Shown here: positions 9,129 through 20,000 of the stretch, one piece after another
Layout of the letters: every line of letters starts with the position of its first letter
How positions within the stretch are numbered: the first letter of the stretch is position 1
Assembly (NCBI GenBank): GCA_008632985.1
Contig: QPGO01000098.1
Location: 294,053-314,052 of the forward strand
Length of the DNA: 20,000 nucleotides
Direction: 5' to 3'
DNA from: Psammoneis japonica
Taxonomy: Eukaryota
Translations under genes and position numbers: made by a program
Notes under the pieces: generated by a model
What the model was told of the DNA's origin: nothing
Databases searched by the model: none
Seen by the model: the letters and a program-made list of their open reading frames with translations, nothing else

Positions 9129-10121
9129 ATGACAAAACCCGGCAGTACGAGAGAGAACGGAAAAGGAGTCGCCAGTGACGATTCCAGCAAGTCGCATGAA
9201 ACCGAAAGTCGAAGATACAGGGCAAGAAATTGCGCGCTGGCGATTTTCACCCTGTGCGCGTTAACGGTTGGAATAATGGCAGGTAAAGCCGGTTCATATC
9301 GAGAAAAAGGGTCTTTGGAAGTGCATCCGGCGGTGGACTCAAATTTCGATTCAGAGAGTGACCTATTGAATGTGGGCAAAGGTGGCAGCTGCAAGAAGCA
9401 ACCAGATACAAAAATAGGCAACACCACAGACGGCGATTTGAACGGCACACAGAATGGCGGTAAGGCAGAAGACTGGGAGAGTTTTAATGCCTTGCAGCTC
9501 TACGACTACCTCGAATGTGTCTATTATTCAGAATACGAGGTGGAGTTTCCAATTCGCAGTCAGGAGACCTATCAATTAATGCGAGCCACATTTCACAATG
9601 TAGTTGGACCAGAAAAATCTACAATCGGTCTACCCTTGGATGGTTCCAATGGATTCAAATACCCATACGTCGTCAAACAAAGCCCTGGTAAAGGCCGAGG
9701 AATCTTCGCTGCTGCAGATATTCCCAAAGGAGACCTGGTTTGGTCCAACGATAGAACCGCCATATTTCCAAATTCTTGGTATTACCGAAAGTTTTTGCTA
9801 TCGTTACCTCCAAGCATTGCCTGTGACTGCATGCAGTGGACTTATATCTACGATCTATACGGCTTGGGTAAGGACAACAAGAAAATCATGATTGATCTCG
9901 ATGAAGGAGCACTGTGCAATGACGGCGAAGCTGACGACAGTAGCGACATTACCAACATCGGTTGGGATAGAGATTTTGCCAGAACTGCTGATTCAGGAAA
10001 CGGAATGCACCTTTTAGCTCTTCGGGATATCAAAGCCGGAGAAGAGTTCCTTTGTGACTACACGCAGTTTACATCTGAAGGCGAGGTGGACTGGGCAAAT
10101 CATGATCTCAGCTGGGTTTGA
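9129..10121 (+). CDS. SET-domain protein (putative lysine methyltransferase) with N-terminal signal anchor (330 aa)
   Basis: Intact ORF. RRYRAR followed by CALAIFTLCALTVGIMA. SET motifs VKQSPGKGRGIFAAADIPKGDLVW, EGALCND (NH position), ALRDIKAGEEFLCDY. Confidence 0.9.
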   Translation: MTKPGSTRENGKGVASDDSSKSHETESRRYRARNCALAIFTLCALTVGIMAGKAGSYREKGSLEVHPAVDSNFDSESDLLNVGKGGSCKKQPDTKIGNTTDGDLNGTQNGGKAEDWESFNALQLYDYLECVYYSEYEVEFPIRSQETYQLMRATFHNVVGPEKSTIGLPLDGSNGFKYPYVVKQSPGKGRGIFAAADIPKGDLVWSNDRTAIFPNSWYYRKFLLSLPPSIACDCMQWTYIYDLYGLGKDNKKIMIDLDEGALCNDGEADDSSDITNIGWDRDFARTADSGNGMHLLALRDIKAGEEFLCDYTQFTSEGEVDWANHDLSWV

Positions 10122-10250
10122 CGCGAAAAAAAAGATGCCTTGTAGCAATGATGATGACATTGACGACATCGACGACGACAGCTCCGCAGCTACCAGATGT
10201 TATTCAATGGCAACACCGAACCTTTACACAAGAGATGGATCAACAGATTA

Positions 10251-11850
10251 TCATGAGCTAGCGCCATAATTCATAATATTGTAGTTCAGTTCCAAGGGTG
10301 AGGAACAAGAATTTGCGGCAGATGCAATGCGTTTTGCTTTAATTAAGTCGTGTAGATGTCCCAAGTTTCCAGTGCCTTTTTTGAATGATGTTGCCCCTGT
10401 GCCCGCCTTTGTTCCTGCTGCGTTCTTGATGGGTGTTAGCACAGTGGCGTGGGAACAGCAAGCAACTGGGACCAGTTTTGGCCCATCCCTTGCTGACAGT
10501 GTTGTGAAATTGCAGTCATGACTTGTTGGATGACAGAAATGGTTTGGGGTGTGTGTGAGATTTGCTGTTTTTGTGAGCTCAGTTTTGTTTCTCCACATAT
10601 TTTGCTGGGTGCTGAGTCAGAGTTTTCACTTTCCATGGTTGTTGCAACATGATGGTGCAGTCCATGATTGACTGCTCTGTGATTGCTTGTCTTGTCCCAG
10701 CATGTGCTTGCAGAGCTTGCCAATGCACCAAAACCTTGGGTGCATCTTTTGCTGCACACCAAGGTTGCCAGATTCTGTGCATTGGCAGGCACCACCAGTT
10801 GCAGTGGCCATGCTTTTGTTGTCAGTCATGCCCCACTTTGCCAAAACATTGAACATGGCTTCATGACCAGAAATTCACAGATTGGTTGACGTTGCCCATC
10901 AGATTGGGAGAGCAAATGCTCTTTAAAACAAAATGAGCCTTTGGTGTTTTGCACTTCCACAGTTTGGCAAGCCAAGCCAAGCAGCCAGGATTTGGTCAAC
11001 AAGAGAGAACGTTTGAGACTCTGAGACTGCAACCTCGTTGATGCACCAACTGCATTTTTGCTCAAATCACCCATGGAAAAACTGACACAATGGTGTCATT
11101 TGGCTCTGCCAGAAGGGCTTGAGCCAACAATGGTGTGGCACCACAATCCTGCTGTGTCTTTGCCATGCTGCACCAAATGTCGGCAAAATTTGTCAAGGGC
11201 TCTTGGCTGTTGCCTGTCTCCTCTGCACACTTTCTTCACTGAGGTTGGGTGATGTTCATTTGTGGCCACAGATGTGCAACCTCAGCAAAGGTGACTCCAT
11301 CTGCACACCAGCGTTGCTGGTGTGGCGATGCTTGTTGGAGGCTTGACGCTGCGCACTGCCACACACATGGCGGTTGGAGCCTTTGCGCCAGAGTGTCTCT
11401 TGTCTTTGTTTGAGGCTTGGCAATGCCATCACAAATGGGGTTGGAGATTTTGCACTGCTGTCACTTGTGGCAGTTGGAGCCTTTGTGCTGGTGCACTTGT
11501 GGCAGCAGGTTTGAAGCTTTTGCACCCCGTTGGGTGGGGGCACCACGAACTTGTTGGTGGTGGCCGGGGTGGTTGGAGCTTTTGCACTGCTGTCACTTGT
11601 GGTGCTGGTTGGAGCCTTTGTGCTGGTGTCATGCATGGTGGTTGGAGGCTCCTTTCTAACATGAAAAATGACAAACAATTCCTCCTTAGATTGTCACACG
11701 GAGGCAGTCCCTCTGAGCTTGAAGTCTGTCTTTCATTCCGTGATTGTGAGAAGACCGTGCGGGGAGACAAAACGACGCACGATGACACACAAGTCATTAC
11801 GCACTGTATTTCACAACTTCGTCGAGGGAGAAGCAACAGCAAGTTTGATT
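10251..11850 (-). pseudogene. Hypermutated, frameshifted remnant of a host-like gene with a Ser/Thr/Pro-rich KAPT-repeat linker
   Basis: Minus-strand fragments (TSTKAPTSTTSDSSAKAPTTP..., ...PKLVPVA[CC]S[H]ATVLTPIK...) in shifting frames. Only 2 TpA in 10441-11655 (near 10598 and 10924), CpG also low. Boundaries approximate. Confidence 0.55.
11372..11648 (-). repeat. Imperfect internal repeats encoding (T/A)KAPT units
   Basis: GGTTGGAG.TTTTGCACTGCTGTCACTTGTGG...GTTGGAGCCTTTGTGCTGGTG at about 11439-11493 and 11571-11628; a shorter GGTTGGAGCCTTTG copy at 11372. Confidence 0.85.
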
Positions 11851-11898
11851 TGTGTTTGTGTGTATTGAACTATATTTTCAAAAACGAGACACATCATC

Positions 11899-12791
11899 AT
11901 GAGTGAAGACTCTCCGATATCCCCTCGTCAGGCCATGGCAAAACAGTCTTCGTTTGCACGTTCCTTTTTCAGTTCCGAAGCAGCGGCAAACCCTCCCGTC
12001 TTTGATGGTAACGACGATGACGACGACGATTACCGTCCCGACAGTCGTCGTTTCTTCCCGCCCAAAGTCGAGTAGTAGCAGTAGACGCAGCAAGAAACCT
12101 GCAGTCAATACGGAAAACCTTGCCATGGCTGCCGCAAGAGATACTACTACCCACAACAAGAAACCCGCAGCAGCAGCTGCAGCAGCACTCAAGTCGGATT
12201 CCGCTGCTGAAGATTCGTGGTATACCGGTGGCAATGATCATCTCTTGCAGGATGCTCCACCCGGGTGGAGACAAGACGACGGATGAAAGTTGGAACGATG
12301 ATGAAGTATTGGAACAATACAGGCTCATGGCACAACACGAAGCCACCGCACGTGTTTTGGAAAACACGGGCTTTGATGCACGGGAATACGAACGCCGTCG
12401 CAAGCTCGAACAACAGCCCGAACCCAAAAAGGACGGTAGTAGTAGTCTGTATGGTGCGAGCCGCAAACCACGACAGAAATTACCGGAACCACGAAAGATT
12501 GTCACGTCCAGCAGTGACATGTCTGGCATCAAACCCGTGGAGGCTCCCAAACCGCCTCCGCTCAAGCATACGCGATTGATTGAACAAAAGGTGGAGCGTG
12601 TGCCCGAACTATGTCCTGGACAAGCCATTACGGGGAGTGCGTCCGGACAAGTGTTTTCCGCGGATGAAATTGTGGTGAAATGCTTGGGGTCGTGCGACAA
12701 GCAGTTGCGTGTGCATCGGTATGCCACTCTGGTGAGTTGTCCGGTTTGTCACACGGTAAGTCCAGCCACGGCTATTCGTGCGGGTAATTAA
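11899..12791 (+). CDS. Hypothetical low-complexity protein with C-terminal zinc ribbon (LSD1-like spacing); two apparent +1 frameshifts
   Basis: ATG at 11899 (MSEDSPISPRQAMAKQSSF...), continues in the 11903 frame after about 12050 and in the 12120 frame after about 12281. Ends CLGSCDKQLRVHRYATLVSCPVC. Confidence 0.7.
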
Positions 12792-12935
12792 ATGTGCTGT
12801 GAAACAATGTACTGGCAGAAAATATCCTAAGGCTGGAGAACAAGAACGGATTGCACAAGAAGATTTATACAATGTTAGCCTGAAACTAAGTAAAGTTTGT
12901 TTATGCCTACCCCTCTGCGAGAAAAACTCTCCGAC

Positions 12936-13394
12936 TTAGTTCATTTTATCCAATGGCCTATTGAAACCTCCTTTACGATTCATGTATTGTCGGTATTTGC
13001 GTGCCTTGTTTTTGGCCGTCGCTCCCCGTGCCGCCGAGCTCGCGTTATCCTCGACGGCTTGTCCCTTTGTGGATGCAAAATCACCAAATCCCAGCAACCG
13101 TTGCATTTGTTCTTGTTCGTCCAATCCCTCCAATTCTTCCTCGTTCACAGTTACAAATTCTTCCTTGGGTTTGGGGCGTAATTTTTCTTTTTCTTTCATT
13201 TCGTTGGGTTCTTCCAATTGGCGTTCTTCGAGTTCATTTTCGGCACGCAATCGTGCCATGCGTTCGCGGCGTTCTTGCTCGAGTCGTTCGCGGCTTGCAG
13301 CAGGACTCTGTGACCGAGTCCGTTTTTTGTTTCGGGTAGTTTTTTCGGTTGCAACAACGCCATGGTGCCTGTCATCTTTGTTGCGGTCCGACAT
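12936..13394 (-). CDS. SNRNP27: U4/U6.U5 tri-snRNP 27 kDa protein (DUF1777 family)
   Basis: R/E-rich N-terminus and the signature C-terminus MQRLLGFGDFASTKG...RKYRQYMNRKGGFNRPLD. Confidence 0.93.
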   Translation of the reverse strand: MSDRNKDDRHHGVVATEKTTRNKKRTRSQSPAASRERLEQERRERMARLRAENELEERQLEEPNEMKEKEKLRPKPKEEFVTVNEEELEGLDEQEQMQRLLGFGDFASTKGQAVEDNASSAARGATAKNKARKYRQYMNRKGGFNRPLDKMN

Positions 13395-13716
13395 GGCTTT
13401 GCTGCTTCTTCTTCTTCTTCTTTTGTTTTATATTACAGTGTGTATTATTGTTGCGTGTTGTCTGTTGCGCTGGCTGTAGTATGTTGTGTTGGTGCTTTTC
13501 TTTTTCGGTTTGGCCTTGTGTGCTTCCCGGCCTGAGTGTGATGGATGGACAGACATTGGAACGAAAATCTGACCTCACATTCTTTTGCGCGTTTTTTTCA
13601 CACAAACGAGAAAATTCTTCAGAAATTTTACTCATTACAATTAATTGTTGCATTGACTGTAATATTGCTATTGATGTAGAGTTTGAGCCTTGATAGGTTT
13701 TTTTTTCTTGTTGGTC

Positions 13717-15187
13717 ATGAGAGTTCTCGCAAGATCCTCCGTGTTTTCATCATCACTTGCTCCATGCGGCAAAAAACGACGACACTACTTGAGTGTCTAT
13801 GCCATGGGTGAAGGGTGGACGGGAGCATTGGGAACGGGGGACTTGGATTCCAACATTGATGGTCACGACGATCAAGAGGAGGCGTCTCAAATACCACCGC
13901 CGCTGGTATTCGAGGGCAAAACAAGAGCTCTTGCGACCGGTTGGGGTCACACAGCACTCATTACTGAAAACGAAAACAAACTCTACGTTTGTGGTCGACC
14001 ACAAGATTTTCAAGCTCTCTTGAGATTAAAACGTTTACCGGGCTTTTTACGACAGCATGCCGTCAATCATGCACTGCGAAACTATTTTACTCGAGAACAA
14101 GACACGACACTGGTCGGTCGGGTCTTGTCGTGGATGGTGGGACAAGAACTCGATGGCCAGGACGGTCCGTGGGCGAATGCTCGACAACTTTCCGTCTTGC
14201 CCAATTTTACACCTATACCACTACCCGACGGGGATGAGCCGTCGTTGAATACAAATCAAAATCGAATTTTAGCGGCGAGTGCCGGTTTGACGGCTGTCAT
14301 TGGAAAAAGCGGTACACTTTATACGTTTGGCACCAACACGCGTGGTCAGTGTGGAGTGGGGGAAACGAGCAACAATGTATGGACACCCCAACGTGTGGTG
14401 GGACTCAGCACACAATTTGCACACGACGGACGCGACAAGTTAGAACAAGAGTTTCCCATGGTGAGTGTCGCCTTGGGATTGCAGCACGGACTTGCCCTGG
14501 ATGACCAGGGCAATTTGTTTGCGTGGGGCAAGGGTGAACGTGGCCAACTGGGGCAAGGACAACAACAAGAGGTGCAAAGCTCGACACATGCCTTGCGTGT
14601 CACTCGTTTCCAACTTCCCAGTAATCTTGATGGATCACGACGACTTGAGGACAATCCCGTTGTCACAAAATTGCCGCCGGCATGAATCGATCGGCGGCTC
14701 TCACAAAAGACAATCATGTCTATGTGTGGGGCAAGAATATATTGCCGCCGCCACTTGCCGACAAAAAGAAGGCATCCATGATTTCAGACTCACCCTGGCC
14801 ACACTTTGTTGAGGGCCTTCCCAAAATATGCAAGTATTGGACATTGCCTGTGGCTCACATCACACGGCCATTTTGCTCGAGGACGGCAGTGTCTTTTGCG
14901 TTGGCCTTACATCCGACACGGCCCAACTCGTGTCGCACGCCATGGAAATTGTTCCACCCGGTGTCGTGGAATTGCCGATTCAACAGTTTGATGCTCACTT
15001 TGATCGAACCACAATTGTGGGACGAGGTGGCAAACAAGTCTTGCAGGTTCACTTGTGGCAAGATGAGGAGCTACAAGAAGATGGAATCTTTACTCCGCCG
15101 TGGGTCGAGCATATCTTGAAGGATGATGACACGAGAATAAGAGAGGTACAGCGTGGATGGTTGCACACGATCGTTGCAACAATGTAG
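13717..15187 (+). CDS. RCC1-repeat protein, possibly mitochondrion-targeted; two apparent -1 frameshifts in A runs
   Basis: RCC1 repeats GWGHTALI, LYTFGTNTRGQCGVG, VALGLQHGLAL..GNLFAWGKGERGQLG, IACGSHHTAIL, GWLHT. Adding one A near 14668 gives TKIAAGMNRSAAL and one A near 14825 joins to MQVLDIACG. N-terminus is R/S-rich and lacks acidic residues. Confidence 0.88.
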
Positions 15188-15455
15188 TACCTAGAAAGAA
15201 GAAATCTCGAGTAGTAAAGAAAAAGAGCTAGTAGAGCATTACTTTTTTAGAACAAAGTTTGTAGTCACGCACAGCGTCTACTCGGCGCTAATGGCTGCGA
15301 GACGCAACGTAGTCCTGAATGACTCCATGGAGCTCATATGGCTTGAATATGTACCGACAACGACTTGTGTCGTCCTCAATCATGTAGATATGTAAGAATA
15401 TGTATAGCCAAAAATAAAGAATATGCAAGGTGTTTTGATGGTCATCAAAATAGGC

Positions 15456-15725
15456 TCAAATGATAATGTTCATCGAGTCGGAGCCCAACGCAACTTCGAC
15501 ACTGTCGTTGTTGCACGGATAATCCATGATTGGATTGGCTCGTTGAAGCACTCTGCATGCATCTAGAGCTGCTCGTGTAATTTTTTCATGTCGTCGGAGG
15601 GACGATGGTCTTGATGGCATGGTGGCATCCTGGTGACAACCGCCGCACGACGAGTCGGATGGAACGAAGAATGCTGCTGCTACAGGAAGCATGCAAAGGA
15701 AAACGCCGTATTCTGCACCCGTCAT
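15456..15725 (-). CDS. Possible small hypothetical protein with a signal-peptide-like N-terminus
   Basis: ATG start then GVFLCMLPVAAAFF (AF cleavage-like motif). May extend to about 15280 through a stop or frameshift. No family recognised. Confidence 0.3.
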   Translation of the reverse strand: MTGAEYGVFLCMLPVAAAFFVPSDSSCGGCHQDATMPSRPSSLRRHEKITRAALDACRVLQRANPIMDYPCNNDSVEVALGSDSMNIII

Positions 15726-16163
15726 GTTGACTACTTGTGGATGGAAAGTGTTGCGATAGCAAGTTGCAAGCTGTTGATGGGTTGGTCGTGTTTGTTTTCT
15801 TTTTTTTGTGAGGCTCTATTTCGGTGCTATTTTTTTGCCGAATCTTTCGTTCGTTGAAGAAAACGATCGCGTTAACGCTTTCCGTTATTTATAATATTCA
15901 ACATCATATTTCGTTCAATGATAAGCCGTTTTCGGATTCATCGAACTATCAGCGTTTTACGGGATAGTAAAAGATACTCAGTACTAAGTGATTATTCTAA
16001 TCGACATTGACATATTTGATACTGTGTCCGGTCATTTACGGACATCTTTTTTCGAAAACAATCCAGGATAGACGGGTGAGCTTTTAGCCTCTCGAAAAAC
16101 GGAAGCAAGCCGTTGCATCGCAGTCCCATTCGAGGACAAGTAGTGTCTTGCATTCCAGAAGAT

Positions 16164-16250
16164 GCTCTACTCTACTGTAGTAGCTACTCTATCTCTCTAG
16201 TAGTAGAGCTAGAGAGTAGAGGGCCATACTCTCTACTCTAGAGAGTAGAT
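16164..16250. repeat. CTA/TAG-rich low-complexity tract with short inverted repeats
   Basis: CTCTACTCT (about 16165) is complementary to AGAGTAGAG (about 16213); TCTACTCT-AG-AGAGTAGA at about 16232-16249. Confidence 0.6.
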
Positions 16251-16630
16251 GGAGGGGCTGCCCTTGAACCGCGTGAGCAACAATGAGCAGTGTGGTCCAG
16301 CGATGCACAGTTTCTCATTATGGTGTTTCGGAGCATGATTTGCACCATTTCTCGGATGCTCTATGTGCAATCGTAAAAACTCCGTTACAAAGCGATGAAA
16401 CGGTGGGATCAAGAGACAAGGATGAGGAAGCAAAGCAAGGAAGAAATGTGGAGATTTGATGATGAACTGCACGGGACCATGTGCGCGACGTAACGGTGGA
16501 TCAGAGATTCTAGACGAAGCAATCTCTACAATCGATTTAGATGGCAACAAACAAATGCCAGCGTTACCAACAGGTTTCACCGAAAGTTTTGTCCCAGGGT
16601 GCTGCCGTCGCTGCATCGGTTGCATGGATT

Positions 16631-19600
16631 TCACATGAAACATCCTCGAGGTTTATTTTCATGCACTGGCACCCGTGCGGTGTCATCCCTCTTCGTGCGC
16701 TCGTTGTAAATTTCAGTGTCGATGGTGTCGGAGGCCAAGTACCGCCACACATGAACCTGCGAATCCAAGAAGCGATATGATTAGAAAGTTGTTGGAAAAA
16801 CTGCTCAAGTAACCCCGACCGAATCGTGGCTTGGACTTACTGTTTTTGTTTGACCATATCGACGAATACGTCCAATTGCCTGTGTCTCGTACGCATCATA
16901 TTGCTGAGGCTATCAACAAGCAATGGGTGGACCTGCCAGCAGAGAGCGCAAAGCATTGCAAATTTTGTTAGACACGTCCCGTCGAGAGCCGAGAAAATCA
17001 AAGTCAACTTACAAATACTGCGTGGTTGCAAGTGGTTAGATTGACACCCGCCGACGTCTCATCATCTAGCGTCAGCAAAAGACATCTGGGGTCGTTCGCA
17101 CCAGGCTCGACTTTCTGGAGTACGTCCAACGCCTTTACCTGTTTTTGAACGGAACCCTTCACTTGAAGCGTCTTGACATTCCGTTTTTCAAGCGCTTCCG
17201 CTACCTTCTCCTTCAAGTCCTGAAATTGTACGAAAACTATGACTCGATCTCCATCCTGAACTAGACTCTGCACCTTGTCGACAATCAAAGTCAACTTTGC
17301 TCCATACTGTCCCCCACCCGGGCCCAAGTCCAACTTTGCGCCAAGACTGTCTGCGGGAACAACATGGGCGCGTTTTATCTGAGCTCTACACGACGGGTCA
17401 ATGCAGGTTTCTGCGTCGGCACACTTGTTTAGACAACGCAAGCATCCCACGTGCCCGCAGCAAGATAAGACTCCAGAGTTTTCCATATCGATTCCCTTCT
17501 GTTTCATGCACTGTGGCGAGGGGCAGCTAATGGTCGTCTCCTGCTGAAACTTGCATACCCATTGAAAATAGCGCAAACTCCGAATACGGCCACAGAGCTC
17601 TTTGCAATCAGATCTGACAGTATGCATATGGTTTCGCAACGCCCATTTCATTTCTACCAGAGAACTCTCGTCTTCGTCTTTTTTGGAGGAACGCTTCCGC
17701 TTCTTGCTTCCTTCCTCGTCTTTTGGAATTTTATCTGACGCAGCTTCAACAATCTCTGCCAGCTTGCTGTGAATTTCGTCGTCCGCGCCACCCGGAATGG
17801 ATTGGCTCAGCTTCACATCAGCAAGGAAAATTGACAAAGTGTCTTGAACCTCATCCTTTTCGGTTCGGGACAGCCTTCCCAGTCCGGTTGTAGCTACATG
17901 CAGAACAATGCGAGAAGACGAATGAGCTAAGCTACAACGGACTTATGCGCGCAAAGCGTTGAGACCGCATGAAACCCTTACCGTCAAGATGCATTTCCGC
18001 TGCTTCAGTGCGCTGACAATCGAGTCTTTGAGCTGGTTTTCACATTCCTGTAGCTGTTCTTGTCGAAGCTTTGCGATAAACGAGCAAGTTTCAGCCGCTG
18101 TTGCTTTTTCCTTCCCACACATGTTGAAGTGAGAACACCGCTTCAATAAAGCCTCCTCAGCAGACGCTGAGTTTTCAAGCACCTTTTGCATCCGATTGTC
18201 TCTGTCTGACTGAGTTGCCTTTTTCGATTTCCGAGCTTTCTTCTTGTTCATTTCTAAGCTCTTTAGATGAGTTTCGAGCTCCAGATAAATAGCTTTTTCC
18301 GCCGGGGGGAGGTCAACAAATTGCATGTGCTCCTCGAACTTAATTTCGTCAATCTCGGCAATGTTTTGTCTAACAAATCGATCGAGAAAAAGCTGGGCAA
18401 CCTCGTGTCGCCGTTGATGCCATTGAACTGACCGCATTTCGAGCATTTCGGAGAATTTCTCAAGACCACTCGTCTCGCTGGAATTCTTGTTGCCTCGCCT
18501 GGTACCAGGTAAACTTTCATCTACGCCCAAATGGATGCCTAAAAGCTTTGCTAAGCTTTGAACGTCGTTGAAATTCTCGTGAGGTGGCGTGCCTGACAAG
18601 CACCAACGAAAGGAAGACTTGAGACCAAGAACAAGCGTGAGCACACGAGCTCGGTCCTTCTTTTCTTCCAGGTAATGAAACTCGTCTACGGTAGAGATGT
18701 AAATACAACATGTGGTCAGCGCGAAAGAGAAATGTTCGTGCCGATTGTGCTCATGGCATCCACGTACCTACGACAATTCTATTCCAAAAGAACATTTCCA
18801 GGGGCGGGCATTTCATTTTGCTACTGTCTTTTTTGACTTGAGCCGTCGATAAACCCCATGGATCAAATTCCGTCTTGACCGTACCTGACTTGCCTTTGGC
18901 GCGAGATGATGAAAGTTTTCTATCACGACCACTGCTTCCGACTTTCGTTTGCTCCTCTGAAACAGCTTTGTACACTGCTTTCTTGCCATCTAGACGAACC
19001 GTCTCCTCGACTTCTTTCTCTGAGTGTGCAAAGGAGTCTCTCTCGATGCAATCGAACACATTAGAACAGTCTCCCTTCAAAGAGACGACTCGCTCCGAGA
19101 GCCCTGTTAGGCATTCGTTGTAAACCGCATCAAAATGTTTGCCTCCCTTTCCGCTGGGTAAACTGCTGGGTCAGCCCCGGCAAGCCGCGCCAATCTACGG
19201 AAGTACAATTCCGAGCTGAGAACGGTGAAGTTCACAATGACAATGTCCGCTTCTTGGATTTCTTTCGACGTTATTTTGTTGAAGCCGGACATGTCTTTGA
19301 GAACGATAACCCTTTTGCTTTCGCCAAGAAATTTCTTGACTTCGTTTGGCTGTAGATGCAAGGAGCATATTTTGCGGTTTGTTAGATTTTCAAGTCATCA
19401 GCACGGATACGAAGTAAGAAACGAAACGAGAAGGAGAACGTACCCACTGAGACATCAAATGACCGGTACAATGACCAACGTTGCACGGGTGGACACGAAT
19501 GAGTTACTGAGCTTTTCGAGAATCGCCGGCGGATCTCCGTTTACACTTGGAGCGGCATCGATGAGCCCAAGCGTAATGGCAGTTTTTCCATAGCCGACCT

Positions 19601-20000
19601 GGTCAGCGACGATTCCTCCTCGAACTAAAACAGGACGTCGCACTCTCGCTTCCGCACGCCAGTTCAAACTTGGTAGAACGCTCTCCGCAATCTCTTCTTC
19701 CATGAAGGGATCTTTGGACGATTCTTGCGACAGCATCCAAGAAAGGGAGCGGAGCTGCTCCGGTCGCAGGTTGTAAGCACTGAAATTTGGAGGTTGCTCG
19801 GCTTCAGGCGTCATTTTGTTGGATGTGAAGTAAAGTTTCGGAAAATTGCCAGAGCTTTTCTCCACGTGCGACACAATCCTCCAATGAAAACAGATTTCTT
19901 CTCCGCAACCTTCGCATTCTCACGCTCCAAAGATTGTGGGAAGAGCCCAAAGCGCGATTCGTGAGACTGTTGACGTTGCATCCAACCTGAAACTTCAATT
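16631..20000 (-). CDS. DNMT5: 3' part (SNF2 ATPase with inserted RING finger) of a DNMT5-family cytosine DNA methyltransferase; 5 introns; several apparent 1-nt frameshifts
   Basis: Motifs I recognise as DNMT5-type SNF2: LRPEQLRSLSWMLSQE, EEEIAESVLPSLNWRAE, RGGIVADQVGYGKT, PPLEMF..RIVV/DEFHYL, RWCLSGTPP, FVRQNIAEIDEI, AEEALLKRCSHF, RING (C..C...CGH.GC..C...C...C), HPLL...YETQAIGRIRRYGQ. GT-AG introns at 19350-19443, 18686-18767, 17894-17981, 16933-17012 and 16757-16840. Stop TGA at 16631-16633. The methyltransferase domain would lie beyond the window. Confidence 0.85.

Noticed and set aside
14660..14830. Programmed ribosomal frameshifting in the RCC1 gene
   Set aside because: No canonical slippery heptamer, and similar indels in neighbouring genes point to sequence error.
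16283..16643. Small ORFs on either strand next to the DNMT5 3' end
   Set aside because: Short, no recognisable motif, would need a frameshift to join, and may be untranslated 3' sequence.
16631..16645. C-terminal prenylation (CaaX) signal on DNMT5 (...RGCFM)
   Set aside because: The Cys is third from the end, not fourth.

Overview
Eukaryotic, gene-dense DNA with short GT-AG introns; the gene content is most consistent with a diatom (inference). Host genes: a signal-anchored atypical protein kinase head-to-head with a signal-anchored SET-domain protein, a zinc-ribbon protein, SNRNP27, an RCC1-repeat protein, and the 3' SNF2/RING half of a DNMT5-type DNA methyltransferase. The left end carries a degenerate PIF/Harbinger-ISL2EU-type (DDE_Tnp_4) transposon, followed by a 3.5 kb relic. 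The main signal is sharply bounded domains (about 1-7250 and 10440-11650) where TpA is nearly absent and apparently replaced by TpG/CpA, so conserved Tyr codons read Cys or His. In the transposon this occurs while CpG is retained; in the other relics CpG is lost too. This looks like a targeted A-to-G (T-to-C) hypermutation process, the mirror image of fungal RIP. A base-calling artefact must be excluded, because genes in the right half contain several 1-nt indels that look like assembly errors. All dinucleotide counts are manual and approximate.
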